Assembly: GCA_038060895.1 (NCBI GenBank)
Contig: JBBTCT010000007.1
Location: forward strand, 210,889 to 274,888
From: Planctomycetota bacterium
GTDB taxonomy: Bacteria > Planctomycetota > MHYJ01 > WSZJ01
Direction of reading: 5' to 3'
Length of the DNA stretch: 64,000 nt
In this document: positions 54,162-63,908 of the stretch, in pieces
Numbering within the stretch: position 1 is the stretch's first letter
Layout of the letters: every line of letters starts with the position of its first letter
Notes under the pieces: model-generated
The model's database searches: none
The model's input: only the letters and a program-made list of their open reading frames with translations
What the model was told of the DNA's origin: nothing
Position numbers and translations under genes: made by a program

Positions 54162-55607
54162 CTAGGACACCTTCGCGCCGCCGCCCATTTCCTTGGCCAC
54201 GGGCGAATCGCTCTCTTTGCCACCCGGTGCAGGCGAGTCGCTCGACTTGCCGCCCGCTGCCGGCAAATCGCTGCCCCGCTGAGGCGGGCGGGCTTCAGGC
54301 GCCGGCACACTGACGCCCGGGTTTGCCGGATCCGAAGGCCGGCGGCCGCCGCCCGCCTGGCGGGAACCGTTGCCCTGCCGGCCGCCGCGCGCGTTCTGGG
54401 ATTCGTGGACCGGCACCTCCGACTTGGGCCGCGTCGGCGGCGCTTCGGGGCTGGACCCTCCCGCAAACGGGGTCGGGAAAATATCGGTCTTCGGCCTCGA
54501 GCTCCGCGGAACTCCGCGCCCGCCACGAGGGTCGGGCGGAGCAGCAACCGGCGGCGTGCTGCCGGGCTGCGGGACCTGCGACTGGCCCTTGACCTGACCG
54601 AAAATCATCCGGCCCGCGCTCGTCTGGATCACGCTGGTGACGCTGATCGGGACCGTCTCGCCGATCCTCTGGTAGCCGCCCTCGATGACGACCATCGTGC
54701 CGTCGTCGAGGTAGCCCACTCCCTGCCCGTGGCTGTCCCCGGGCTTCTGCACTTTCACCTCGAGCGACTCGCCCGGCAGGATCACCGGCCGCATCGCCAC
54801 CGCGAGATCGTTCAGGTTCAGGACCTCGACTCCCTGGAGCTGCGCGATCTTGTTCAGGTTGAAATCGTTCGTGACCACGCGCGCGTCGAGGAATTTCGCC
54901 AGCGCCACCAGCTTTGCGTCCACCCCCTCCGCGTTCGGCGGCGTCCCCTCGTAGATCTCGATCACCGCCCCCTTGGAATTCTGGATCTTGTTCAGCACGT
55001 CCAGCCCCCGCCGCCCGCGGTTGCGCTTCAGCCGGTCCTGCGAATCCGCGACCTGCTGGAGTTCGTTCAGGACGAAGCGGGGCAGGATGATCTTGCTGGC
55101 GATGAGGCGCATGTCCATGACGTCGGCGATGCGGCCGTCGATGATGACGCTGGTGTCGAGGAGGAGCGGCTTCGGGCCCTTCTCTTCCTTCTTCAGCTCG
55201 ACGAACGGGATCACGAACTTGAAATCGTCTTTCGACTGCAGGATGCCGACGACGGCGAAGTAGACGAAGATCGCCAGCGAGCAGTACTGGACCCATTCCT
55301 TGAACCAGGGCTCGCCCTCGTTGAATACGGGGAGGAGGAAGAGGGTTGTGGTGAAGATGTACGAAGCGATGAAGCCGAAGACTACGCCGAAGACGACCGT
55401 GGAAAGGAGGGCCACGAAGCGGCGGGTGAAAGCGACTTCGACCATGATGAAGATCGAACCGAAGAGAAGCCCGGCGAGGGATCCCCACCACCAGGGGGCG
55501 GAGCCGCCGGAAGCGAGTTCGTCCGAATGCTCCCAGAAACGGAGCGTGAGGCTCCGGCCGATCATGGCCAGAACGAGAGCGAAGGCGATTCGGAGGCCCC
55601 AGATCAT
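54162..55607 (-). CDS. PIN/TRAM domain membrane protein (YacL-like) with disordered C-terminal tail
   Basis: TM helices; LLDTSVIIDGRI, KRNRGRRGLDVL, TNDFNLNK, QGVGYLDDGTMVV and QTSAGRMIF. Confidence 0.95.
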   Translation of the reverse strand: MIWGLRIAFALVLAMIGRSLTLRFWEHSDELASGGSAPWWWGSLAGLLFGSIFIMVEVAFTRRFVALLSTVVFGVVFGFIASYIFTTTLFLLPVFNEGEPWFKEWVQYCSLAIFVYFAVVGILQSKDDFKFVIPFVELKKEEKGPKPLLLDTSVIIDGRIADVMDMRLIASKIILPRFVLNELQQVADSQDRLKRNRGRRGLDVLNKIQNSKGAVIEIYEGTPPNAEGVDAKLVALAKFLDARVVTNDFNLNKIAQLQGVEVLNLNDLAVAMRPVILPGESLEVKVQKPGDSHGQGVGYLDDGTMVVIEGGYQRIGETVPISVTSVIQTSAGRMIFGQVKGQSQVPQPGSTPPVAAPPDPRGGRGVPRSSRPKTDIFPTPFAGGSSPEAPPTRPKSEVPVHESQNARGGRQGNGSRQAGGGRRPSDPANPGVSVPAPEARPPQRGSDLPAAGGKSSDSPAPGGKESDSPVAKEMGGGAKVS

Positions 55608-55793
55608 TGAGGGACAAGGGTAACACGGGGCGTGCCGCTGGAAAAGTACGCTGCGCTGAGCTCGCGGGATGCGGGTGCCTGGCTGGTATTGAGGAGTACT
55701 TTGGGCAGGCGGTGCTCTGCGCCGGGAAAATGCAACTTCAACGTTTCAAATCTCCCCGCACCGCCGGTCGTGCACAAGACCGACCCTTCCACG

Positions 55794-55821
55794 TTGACAA
55801 GCCCCTTTCCCCCGCTATCAT
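55794..55821 (+). promoter_or_regulatory. Sigma70-type promoter of rpmB
   Basis: TTGACA-N16-TATCAT, followed by a GGAG RBS. Confidence 0.65.
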
Positions 55822-55846
55822 GCCCCGTCCCATTGGAGAAACCGTC

Positions 55847-56098
55847 ATGCCCCAGATGTGCTCGCTGTGCGGACGCAAGCCCCATATCGGAAACATGATC
55901 GTCCAGCGCGGCAAAGCGAAGCGCGACGGCGGCGTCGGGAAGAAGACCACGGGCGTCACGCGGCGGTTTTTCCGCCCGAACCTCCAGCGCGTTCGCGCGC
56001 TGATCAAGGGGGAGACGTGCCGGGTCTGGGTGTGCACCCGCTGCATCCGCGCGGGCAAGGTCGTCAAGCCGATGAAGAAGTGGAAAGTGACGGTCTAG
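55847..56098 (+). CDS. rpmB: 50S ribosomal protein L28 (zinc-ribbon form)
   Basis: CSLCGRKP..GN...TRRFFRPNLQ...VCTRCIRAG. Confidence 0.95.
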   Translation: MPQMCSLCGRKPHIGNMIVQRGKAKRDGGVGKKTTGVTRRFFRPNLQRVRALIKGETCRVWVCTRCIRAGKVVKPMKKWKVTV

Positions 56099-56122
56099 GC
56101 CATCCGCCCGTTCCGATTTCCA

Positions 56123-56155
56123 GAGAAGCCCGCGAATTCGCGGGCTTCTTTTTTT
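56123..56155 (+). terminator. Rho-independent terminator
   Basis: AGAAGCCCGCG-AATT-CGCGGGCTTCT followed by a T run. Confidence 0.88.
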
Positions 56156-56247
56156 GCCGCTCCACCCGTCTCATTCCTTCGCTTTTAATCCACTTCCGGA
56201 CAAACTAAGATAGAGGGTCCCGTTTCGCAGGAAATTCCGGAGCGTTC

Positions 56248-58035
56248 ATGCCCGACCTGAAGGACATCATTCTCGGCAACATCGCGGTCGAGCGCGGGCT
56301 CGTCGAGAGACCGGCGCTGCTTGAGCTGCAGAAACAGCAGCGCGACACGGGGTTGCCGCTGGGGCAGGTGATGCTGCGCGCGGGGCTGGTGAACGGGCCG
56401 AAGCTGATTGAGTTGATGAAGCTGGTGAGCGTGACGATCGAGCATCTCGATGGCGGGCTGGAGGTTGGAGCAGACTCCGTGGAGGCTCCTGGCCCGCCCG
56501 GGCTGCTGGTGGGCGCCGCGAACGAGCCGTCCAGGGCGCCGCGCGACCGCAATGAGATCCCGGTAGTGCCCGCTGTTGGCGGTACTTCCCAACCGCAGCG
56601 CCCCCAGGCTCCCAGGACAGGTGCGATACCGGCGGCGGCCTCAGGATCGCCAGGGGGAGCACGCGGGGGGAATCCGACGCCGAAGCCGATGCCTTCTCCG
56701 GGACTCGCCGACGACGGTGTCGGCACGAAAACTCCCGCCCCCGTTCCCTCCCCTTTCGAGCAGACGCCCCGGCCGGTACCGCCTTCCGCCAAGCCACGCA
56801 CCGGTCGCTTTGATGCGGGGCGTGCCATCGGGGGAAATCCGGCCTCGGCCGCGGGGTACAAGCCGAAGACCGAAGCGTTCGATTTCGGCAAAGTCGATGC
56901 CAGCAAGCCCAGGGATTTTGCCGCCGGCGGCGCGCCATCCGCGCAAAAACCGAAGTCCGGCAAGTTCGAAAACGCCCCTGCGAAACCGCCTACCAATCGC
57001 TTCGACGCCGCTCGCGCCGGGGGTCGGACGCCCTCCGAGGCATTCCGCGTGGAGTTGGCCGAGCGGGACAAGAAGAGCGACGTGCCCCAGGTGCAGGGTG
57101 CGTTCGGGCAGTCGGTGACGCAGGAAGGCGCGAAGAAGAAAGACAACACGCGCCTGTACACGCCGGTGGACATCCCGAAGGCCACGCCCGCCGGAAAACT
57201 GCCCCCCGAGCCCTCCGCTCCCGGCGATTCCTCGATGCCGAAGGATGACCGGATCTCGGTTCCTCCGGGCGCCCGTGAGCAGGTCGCGGGAATGAAAGAG
57301 GGCGACTCGACGCTGTCTGGACGACTCCCCGCAGGGATCGACGCCGATTCAAAGCCGCTCGCCTCCCCGCTCGACGATGTGAGCATCATGCCGCCGGGCG
57401 CCCCGGCGTTTGAGATGCCGCCGGGAGGCGCCGCGGCCAGCGCGCCGAAAGGCCGGCCAAGCCAGGCGCCGGCGCCGGTGGGAAGGCCCAGCCGGGCGCC
57501 TCTGGCCGGAGCTCGCCCGAGCCGCGCTCCAGGCTCCGGCCCCATTCCGACCGCGGCCGCCGAAGGCGCTCACCGCATGGCCAAGCCCGACGACTCCGGC
57601 TTCATCGCCGCCAGCAACCTCCCGGACTTCGAAGTCCGCGCTTCGGATCAGCCCGGCGGCAAGCCCGTCGTCCTCAAGAACCCGAAAGCTCCAGAGCCTC
57701 CAAAGAAGGAAACAAGGAAACTCGGCGCAGGCAAAGGCCCGCTCAGGACCGGATTGAAAAGTACGGGCGCTTCCCCGAGCGGTTCGAACCTCGCAACGGC
57801 CGAAAAGACAAAGGAAGGGGCCGAGGAACCGAAGAAGCGGTCCAGGCGGCTGCTGGCCTACCTGCTGGTGGTGCTCGCGCTGATTCTCGGGGCCGCCGGC
57901 ACGCTCTTTTACATCCAGAAACTCAAGATCGACGACTTCAAGCACCTCAAGGACGGCTTCCGTGATATTCCGGACACGCTGAAGGACAAGGAGTACTGGA
58001 AGCGGCTGTTCATTCCAGACTCGCGTCACGTATGA
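56248..58035 (+). CDS. Membrane-anchored, Pro/Ala-rich disordered protein with N-terminal MshEN-like motifs
   Basis: ILGNIAVERGLV...PLGQVMLRAGLV repeat pair, long low-complexity middle, TM helix near the C-terminus. Confidence 0.7.
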   Translation: MPDLKDIILGNIAVERGLVERPALLELQKQQRDTGLPLGQVMLRAGLVNGPKLIELMKLVSVTIEHLDGGLEVGADSVEAPGPPGLLVGAANEPSRAPRDRNEIPVVPAVGGTSQPQRPQAPRTGAIPAAASGSPGGARGGNPTPKPMPSPGLADDGVGTKTPAPVPSPFEQTPRPVPPSAKPRTGRFDAGRAIGGNPASAAGYKPKTEAFDFGKVDASKPRDFAAGGAPSAQKPKSGKFENAPAKPPTNRFDAARAGGRTPSEAFRVELAERDKKSDVPQVQGAFGQSVTQEGAKKKDNTRLYTPVDIPKATPAGKLPPEPSAPGDSSMPKDDRISVPPGAREQVAGMKEGDSTLSGRLPAGIDADSKPLASPLDDVSIMPPGAPAFEMPPGGAAASAPKGRPSQAPAPVGRPSRAPLAGARPSRAPGSGPIPTAAAEGAHRMAKPDDSGFIAASNLPDFEVRASDQPGGKPVVLKNPKAPEPPKKETRKLGAGKGPLRTGLKSTGASPSGSNLATAEKTKEGAEEPKKRSRRLLAYLLVVLALILGAAGTLFYIQKLKIDDFKHLKDGFRDIPDTLKDKEYWKRLFIPDSRHV

Positions 58036-58409
58036 CGCACTCCCTCGCGATCTTTTCGGGGCTCGGTCCCGTCGAGTTCGTGGCGCTCGTGATTCTCGGG
58101 ATTCTGCTCTACGGCAAGAACCTCCCGACCGTGGCGCGGACGCTGGGCCGGACGATCGGCGAATTCAAGCGACAGATGCGCGAGGTCGAGGACTCTGTGC
58201 GGCGCCAGGCGTTCCAGGAAGAGTTGAAGCAGGCGCGGGAGGTCGAGGAGCGCAAGGACCGGGAAAAGCGGGAGCGCGAGGAAAAGGAGCGCGCTGCGGC
58301 GCCGGCGGTCGAGGCAGCTCCGGCGCAGCTGCCGCCGGCATCGGAAAGCGGAGCCGTCCCTCCGGTTGCGGGACAGGCGGGCCCGCCGGCTCCGATGCCG
58401 AAGGGCTGA
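58032..58409 (+). CDS. tatA: Twin-arginine translocase TatA/TatB family subunit
   Basis: GLGPVEFVALVILGILLYGKNLPTVARTLGRTIGEFKR. Confidence 0.85.
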   Translation: MTHSLAIFSGLGPVEFVALVILGILLYGKNLPTVARTLGRTIGEFKRQMREVEDSVRRQAFQEELKQAREVEERKDREKREREEKERAAAPAVEAAPAQLPPASESGAVPPVAGQAGPPAPMPKG

Positions 58410-58420
58410 CCTCCAGGGGC

Positions 58421-58975
58421 TCAGGTCCGTAGCCAGTTCTCGAGCAGATGCATCCCCGCGTCGGTCATGTACGACTCCGGATGAAATTGCCAGCCTTCGA
58501 GTCCTTCGCGCCGGATCCCCATGACGACCCCGTCGTCGCTCCACGCCGTGCGCTGAAATCCGCGCGGCATTCGCGTGACCGCCAACGAATGGTAGCGCGC
58601 CGCGGGGAACGGCGAGGGGATGCCGCGGAATGGTCCGGTCCCGTCATGACGCACCGGCGAGGTCCGCCCGTGCACAGGTCGCGGCGCGCGCCCGACTCGT
58701 CCGCCGAACGCTGCCGCGATCGCCTGGTGTCCGAGGCAGACACCTAGCAGCGGACGCTTCCCCGCCGCTGCCCGTGCGATCGAAACTGAGGCGCCGGCCT
58801 CGCGCGGCCCGCACGGCCCGGGGGAGAGGACGATCCGGTCGCGGCGAAGCGCGGCCCGCGGCGTGGCGCGATCGCTCCGCACGACTTCGACGCGCGCGCC
58901 GAGCACGGAGAGCGCCTGAAACAGATTCCAGGCGAAGGAGTCGAAGTTATCGACGAGGTAGAGGGTGGGGTTCAT
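58421..58975 (-). CDS. Anthranilate / aminodeoxychorismate synthase component II (TrpG/PabA)
   Basis: LVDNFDSFAWNL, LSPGPCGP, LGVCLGHQ, RYHSL and QFHPES; start at ATG 58975. Confidence 0.93.
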   Translation of the reverse strand: MNPTLYLVDNFDSFAWNLFQALSVLGARVEVVRSDRATPRAALRRDRIVLSPGPCGPREAGASVSIARAAAGKRPLLGVCLGHQAIAAAFGGRVGRAPRPVHGRTSPVRHDGTGPFRGIPSPFPAARYHSLAVTRMPRGFQRTAWSDDGVVMGIRREGLEGWQFHPESYMTDAGMHLLENWLRT

Positions 58976-58984
58976 GGGGGTGGG

Positions 58985-59141
58985 AGAACGGCAGGGGATG
59001 GGGGACGACGGGATTGGGATGGGGAGGGATCGGGATCGGGATGGGGCAGCGAAGCACTTGCCCAGGTCTTCAACCCCATCCCGATCCCAATCCCAATCCC
59101 CCCCTATCCCAATCCCGTCGTCCCCCATCCCCTGCCGTTCT
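58985..59141. repeat. Long G-rich/C-rich inverted repeat built from GGGATN hexamers
   Basis: AGAACGGCAGGGGATGGGGGACGACGGGATTGGGAT... pairs with ...ATCCCAATCCCGTCGTCCCCCATCCCCTGCCGTTCT. Confidence 0.9.
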
Positions 59142-59142
59142 T

Positions 59143-62100
59143 CTACCGCGGCGTCCCCTTTCCTTCGAGCGCCTGCCTCCTCAATCTCGACAGCCAGTAG
59201 GGCGTCTCCCTCCCCATGCTCAACGCTTCGGCACGCTTGTATCCCGAAAGCGCTTCCGCGTCCTTCCCCGCGAGTTCCGCGGCGACGGCGGCGTAGAACT
59301 CCGTGAGCGCGGGCGCCGTCGGGAGGATGGCGACGGCGATGGCGAGTTCCTGTTTCGTAGCTTTCCCGATCACGAAGCGTGAGGCCTCGCGAAGCGTGGG
59401 GTCGGTGTCGGCGCCCGCGACCTGACGGAAATCCTCGCGCGCCGCGGCCTTGTCTCCTCGCGCGAGGTTCAGGAAGGCACGCTCGTAACCGAAAATCCCC
59501 GCCGCACGCGGACGGCTTTTCGCTGCATCCGCCAGCACCGCCGCGGCGCCCTCCAGGTCGCCCTTCGACTGAAGCGTGCGCGACAGCTGCTGCGTCGCGG
59601 GCACGCTGTACATTTCGTTGTCCCAGCCGACGAGCGTCCGGTAGATGTCGCACGCCCGGTCGAGCGCGCCGCCCAGCCTCAGGATGTCGGCCTTGAGCGA
59701 CAGCAGCAGCCCGCGCGTTCCGACTTCCCCTTCGCCCGATGCCTCCTCAATCCACAGGTCCACCAGCGACACGGCCTCCAGCGTCCTCCCACCGGCCGCC
59801 ATCGACCGCACCTGCATCTCCCTCGCACGCCGCTTCAGGTCCTCCATCTCCGCCGAAGTCCCGTAACGACGCGCCGCCTCCGCCAGCGCATCGCCGTCCG
59901 GCACCTTCTTCGCCACGCGCGCGTCCCGCTGGCACTTCAGCATCTCCGCCGCCAGCGCCACGCACTCCCCCGCTACGCGCTCGGCGTCCGCGTGCATCCC
60001 GCGCCTGTAGAAGGCCTCCAGCAGGTGCCGGTAAAGCCGGGCGCAGTGGGCGTCCGGCCGGTCGGGGCATTTGGCCGTTTCGCGCAACACCGCCGCGGCA
60101 AGAGACGCCGGGTCAATGTCGTCGCCGCTCTCGAACTGGAAGAAGCGGAGAATGCTCTGGGCCCGCTCGGGGTCCGGAGGAGCCGGAAAGACGTCGTTGG
60201 CGTTCGGGTTGCGGGCGGCGACGACGCTGGACGCCGGGAGAACGTCCGAGTAACGGTCGGCGTCGTCGAGCTGGGCGACGGCGACCGCGAGGGCCTGCCG
60301 CGCGCCCCACTCGGAGGCAGGCGCGCGCGCGCCGCGCAGGAACCGGGCGAGACCGTCCGCCGCTTCCCGCCAGAGCGTCGCTTCGCCCGTGATCACCGCC
60401 AGCTGCTCGTCGCAGAGCGCCGCCTTGTAGACCGCTTCCCAGTCCAGGTCGATCGAGGGATTGTCCTGGATCCAGAAGCGGTACTGGTCGCGTGCGGCCT
60501 CGTAGGCCTGGGCTTCGAAGAGACGGTCTCCGACGCCGACGCTGCGGCGGTAAGCGGTGGATTCGCTCTCGAGGGTGAGGCCGCCGAGGCGGGCGGCGCC
60601 GCCGGAGACGGTCAGGGCGATCTGGCGGTTGTCGCGGCGGAAACCGGGTTCGGGGTCGAAGATCCTGGCGATGGGACTGCCGCCCGCTCCGGCCTTGACG
60701 ACCAGTCCGTCGACGCGGCGCTCGATGAGGATGGGCATCCAGCGTCGATCGGCCTTGACCGTTCCCCGGTCGGTTTTCCGTCCGGCCTCGCTCTGGCGTT
60801 CGGCGTTGATGACGAGGGAGGAGCCGGAGCGCGAAATCCGGACGCGATACCCCTCGGAAGGGCGGCCGGGATTGCCGAACAGGGTCAGGGTGATGTCCCC
60901 CGGATGGCCCCGGTCCGTGAGCAGGTTGAAGAAAACGCGCAGCGAGCCGTCGTGCGCGCCGGAGGCGACCATCGTGCGGCGCGCCACGCCCGTGACGCTC
61001 CACGCCTCCTCCGCGTTCTCCGTCGACAGCGCCCAGCCGTCGCCCGACCACTCGACCTCGCGCGCCTCGTAGAACGGAACGTCGGGCCGGCGCTGGACCA
61101 CGGGCGGCGGCACAGGATCGTTGCGCCGGGGCCGCGAATCGCGCCCGAGCCGGAGGATGCCGAAAAGCGTGACTGCCGCCGCGAATCCCACGCAGGCCGC
61201 GGCGATGAGTCCGCGATGGCGCCGGGCCTTGCGAAGAGCCTTGGAGATCGGGCCGGAGCCGCGGGCGAGGACGCCTTCGCCGCTCTTGAAGCGCCGGAGT
61301 TCGTCGGCGAGTTCGCGGGCGCTCTGGTAACGCCGGAGCGGGTCCTTGTCGAGGCACTTCAGACAGACGGGATCGAGGTCCGTGGGTACCTGCTTGTTCA
61401 CCGTCGACGGCGGGATCGGGTCCTCGTTGACGACCTTGATGATCGTGTCGATGTCGTTCTCGCCGACGAGGGGCGGCCGCCCGCTCAGGCATTCATACAG
61501 CACCGCGCCCAGCGAGTAGACGTCGCTTCGCGCATCCACCTGCCGCATGTCGCCGCGCGCCTGTTCGGGTGGCATGTAGTACGGCGTTCCCATCGCGGTC
61601 CCGCTCTTGGTGAGGTCGCCGCTGTTTTTCCCCGCCTTCGCGAGCCCGAAGTCCGTGACCTTCGCGCGCCACTCCGTGTCCACGAGGATGTTCGCGGGCT
61701 TCAGGTCGCGGTGCACGATGCCTTCTCGGTGGGCGTGCTCGACGGCGTCGGCGACCTGTGTCATGAGATCGACCGCGCGCGCCGGCGTCATCTCGCGCGC
61801 ATGCACCAGCGCCGAAAGCGGCTGGCCGACGACGTATTCCATCACGAGGTAGTTGCGCCCCTCGTGAACCCCCATGTCGTAAATCGGCACGATCGCCGGA
61901 TGCCGCAGCCGCGCCGTGGACTGCGCTTCACGAAGGAAGCGTTCAATCGTTTCGAGCGACGCATGCTTGCCTTCGAGCAGCACCTTCACGGCGACCAGGC
62001 GATTGAGCTTGGTGTCGCGAGCCCGGTAAACCACGCCCATCCCGCCGCGGGCGATTTCGCCCAGGACGTCGTAATGGCCGATTCGCGAAATTTGCGGGAA

Positions 62101-62358
62101 GTGCAGGTCACTGGGGACGACGACATCGCCGGGTCCAAGGGCGACGGTCTTGGCGCCGGCATCGACAGCCGGAAGGGTGCGCGGTGTCGGGGTGTCTTGC
62201 GACTGAACGATGGCGCCTGGGCCGTAGGCCTGCGGAATCAGGGTTGCACGGCTGTCGTCGTCGAAGACCATGGTCCCGCACTTCGGGCACGACGACGAGA
62301 CGGAGTTTCCCCCGTCGAACGTCGTTTCGCAGCGGTAACACCGCCGTGTGCCGGCCAT
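59143..62358 (-). CDS. Hanks-type Ser/Thr protein kinase with N-terminal zinc ribbon, TM helix and C-terminal TPRs
   Basis: CYRC...CPKC; ARGGMGVVY, VAVK, HRDLKPANIL, DFGLAK, GTPYYMPPEQ and SDVYSLG. Confidence 0.95.
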   Translation of the reverse strand: MAGTRRCYRCETTFDGGNSVSSSCPKCGTMVFDDDSRATLIPQAYGPGAIVQSQDTPTPRTLPAVDAGAKTVALGPGDVVVPSDLHFPQISRIGHYDVLGEIARGGMGVVYRARDTKLNRLVAVKVLLEGKHASLETIERFLREAQSTARLRHPAIVPIYDMGVHEGRNYLVMEYVVGQPLSALVHAREMTPARAVDLMTQVADAVEHAHREGIVHRDLKPANILVDTEWRAKVTDFGLAKAGKNSGDLTKSGTAMGTPYYMPPEQARGDMRQVDARSDVYSLGAVLYECLSGRPPLVGENDIDTIIKVVNEDPIPPSTVNKQVPTDLDPVCLKCLDKDPLRRYQSARELADELRRFKSGEGVLARGSGPISKALRKARRHRGLIAAACVGFAAAVTLFGILRLGRDSRPRRNDPVPPPVVQRRPDVPFYEAREVEWSGDGWALSTENAEEAWSVTGVARRTMVASGAHDGSLRVFFNLLTDRGHPGDITLTLFGNPGRPSEGYRVRISRSGSSLVINAERQSEAGRKTDRGTVKADRRWMPILIERRVDGLVVKAGAGGSPIARIFDPEPGFRRDNRQIALTVSGGAARLGGLTLESESTAYRRSVGVGDRLFEAQAYEAARDQYRFWIQDNPSIDLDWEAVYKAALCDEQLAVITGEATLWREAADGLARFLRGARAPASEWGARQALAVAVAQLDDADRYSDVLPASSVVAARNPNANDVFPAPPDPERAQSILRFFQFESGDDIDPASLAAAVLRETAKCPDRPDAHCARLYRHLLEAFYRRGMHADAERVAGECVALAAEMLKCQRDARVAKKVPDGDALAEAARRYGTSAEMEDLKRRAREMQVRSMAAGGRTLEAVSLVDLWIEEASGEGEVGTRGLLLSLKADILRLGGALDRACDIYRTLVGWDNEMYSVPATQQLSRTLQSKGDLEGAAAVLADAAKSRPRAAGIFGYERAFLNLARGDKAAAREDFRQVAGADTDPTLREASRFVIGKATKQELAIAVAILPTAPALTEFYAAVAAELAGKDAEALSGYKRAEALSMGRETPYWLSRLRRQALEGKGTPR

Positions 62359-62564
62359 CGCATCATCCCCTGTTTGCAGACCATCTCTGATGTATTACGA
62401 CCCAATGAAGGGTTCGTTGGTCAAGATCGCATGCAAATATCGTACGGAAGGGCAATTACGGCAGATTTATCGAGTTTGCGGGGGAGGGAGCAGGACCGAG
62501 GAAGAAAGTTGTCCCGCGATAGGGGGACGAAATGGGACACACGTGGACAATCCGGGACCCGGCC

Positions 62565-63716
62565 TTACTCCGTCTGCCCGCCCGGTTCCTCGGGCTGCGG
62601 AGGCTGGGGAAGAGGCGCCTCTGGATCCAGCCTCTCCTCGCCACTCAGCTCGCGCTCAATTGCGATGTACTCCGGTTCGCCGCGAATCGCGTCCAGGTCT
62701 CCGTCCTTCTTCATCCACTGCACATTCCGGAAACTCGCCCCCACCGCGCGTTTCAGCGAATGGCACGCTTCTTTCTTCTTCCCCATCCGCGAATATGCAC
62801 ACGCCAGGTTGTAGTACGTCGTCCCCTGCATCCGGCCCCCGTTCGAGCCGATCGCCGCGTTGTACATCTCAATCGCCTTCTCGAACTGGTCCGTCCGCGA
62901 ATACAGCTCCGCGAGATACGTCTGCCCCATTCCGCCCGGATCCAGCCCCGCCTTCAGTTGCACCTCCATTTTCGCGGCCGGCTCCTTCTGCCCGAGCCGC
63001 CACAACGATCCCGTCGCCGCACGCGCGAGATCACCGCTCCCGTCCGCCAGCCTCAGCAGATCAGGGACCCCTTCCGTGTATCCGACGTCCGCCATCGCGT
63101 CGATCGCCATGATCCTGAAGCGGCCCATCGGCGTGTTGTCCCGCTGGAAATCGAATCCGTCGGCCGACATTTTCGCAAGCATGGGGCCGATGTCGGGCCC
63201 GAGCGATCTCAGCTTCGCGAACTGTCCCGGGTAAAAGCCCGAGCTTCCGTCCGACATAACCTCGAGCTCGAAGGCCGCCTCGATTTCCGTCTGGGTCATC
63301 TCGGAGAGCAGTTCCTGGATGTCCGGGGCCACCGTTGCGTCCGCGTCGCGCGCCGCTTCCAGCGCCGGCCGTACCGTCCTTCCCAGCCGCATGAAGGCAT
63401 CGCGCACCTGCCCGCGGATCGTGGGGTCCGCGTGGCTGATGAGGGGGAGAAGCGGCTGGATGCTCTCTGCAGTGCCCAGGCGGCTGAGAATTTCAACGGC
63501 GGCGCGCTGCACCCGGGCGTCGGCATCGGTGAGAAGTTCCGAAACGCGCTTTGTGATGGAAGGGCCGACCTTGATGAGCGCCTCAGCGGCCGCTTCGCGC
63601 TCGCGGAGGTACTTGCTGCGAAGTTGCGCGATATGTTCTTCGACCGGGAGTTCGGGGTCGGCGAAGGCGGAGAGCGTCGCGAAGCATGCAAGCGCGACGG
63701 CTGCGAAACGGCGCAT
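62565..63716 (-). CDS. Secreted HEAT + TPR repeat protein
   Basis: Signal peptide, HEAT units, YYNLACAYSRMGKK and KDGDLDAIRG end motif. Confidence 0.85.
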   Translation of the reverse strand: MRRFAAVALACFATLSAFADPELPVEEHIAQLRSKYLREREAAAEALIKVGPSITKRVSELLTDADARVQRAAVEILSRLGTAESIQPLLPLISHADPTIRGQVRDAFMRLGRTVRPALEAARDADATVAPDIQELLSEMTQTEIEAAFELEVMSDGSSGFYPGQFAKLRSLGPDIGPMLAKMSADGFDFQRDNTPMGRFRIMAIDAMADVGYTEGVPDLLRLADGSGDLARAATGSLWRLGQKEPAAKMEVQLKAGLDPGGMGQTYLAELYSRTDQFEKAIEMYNAAIGSNGGRMQGTTYYNLACAYSRMGKKKEACHSLKRAVGASFRNVQWMKKDGDLDAIRGEPEYIAIERELSGEERLDPEAPLPQPPQPEEPGGQTE

Positions 63717-63834
63717 GTCGAGTTCCTCTGTTTAAGGTCGCCGGACCGCACCGGCGTGAAGACGCGTTAATTGTATACCGCGGCGATGAGGAAACTGTTG
63801 GGTTGGTTGAAATTTGAGGGCGAGGGCGCGGGCC

Positions 63835-63894
63835 GGCAGGCGGGCGGGCAGGCGGGCGGGCAGGCGGGCGGGCACGCGGGCGGGCACGCGGGCG
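63835..63894. repeat. 12-mer tandem repeat GGCA(G/C)GCGGGCG x5
   Basis: Three GGCAGGCGGGCG then two GGCACGCGGGCG units. Confidence 0.85.
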
Positions 63895-63908
63895 GCTATC
63901 CCGGGGAG

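Noticed and set aside
58976-59653. N-terminal extension of TrpG/PabA in the 410-aa ORF, and similar extensions of FlgH, CsrA, S2P and FkbM ORFs
   Set aside because: The extensions run through neighbouring genes or repeats; family motifs begin at the downstream starts used in the feature list.
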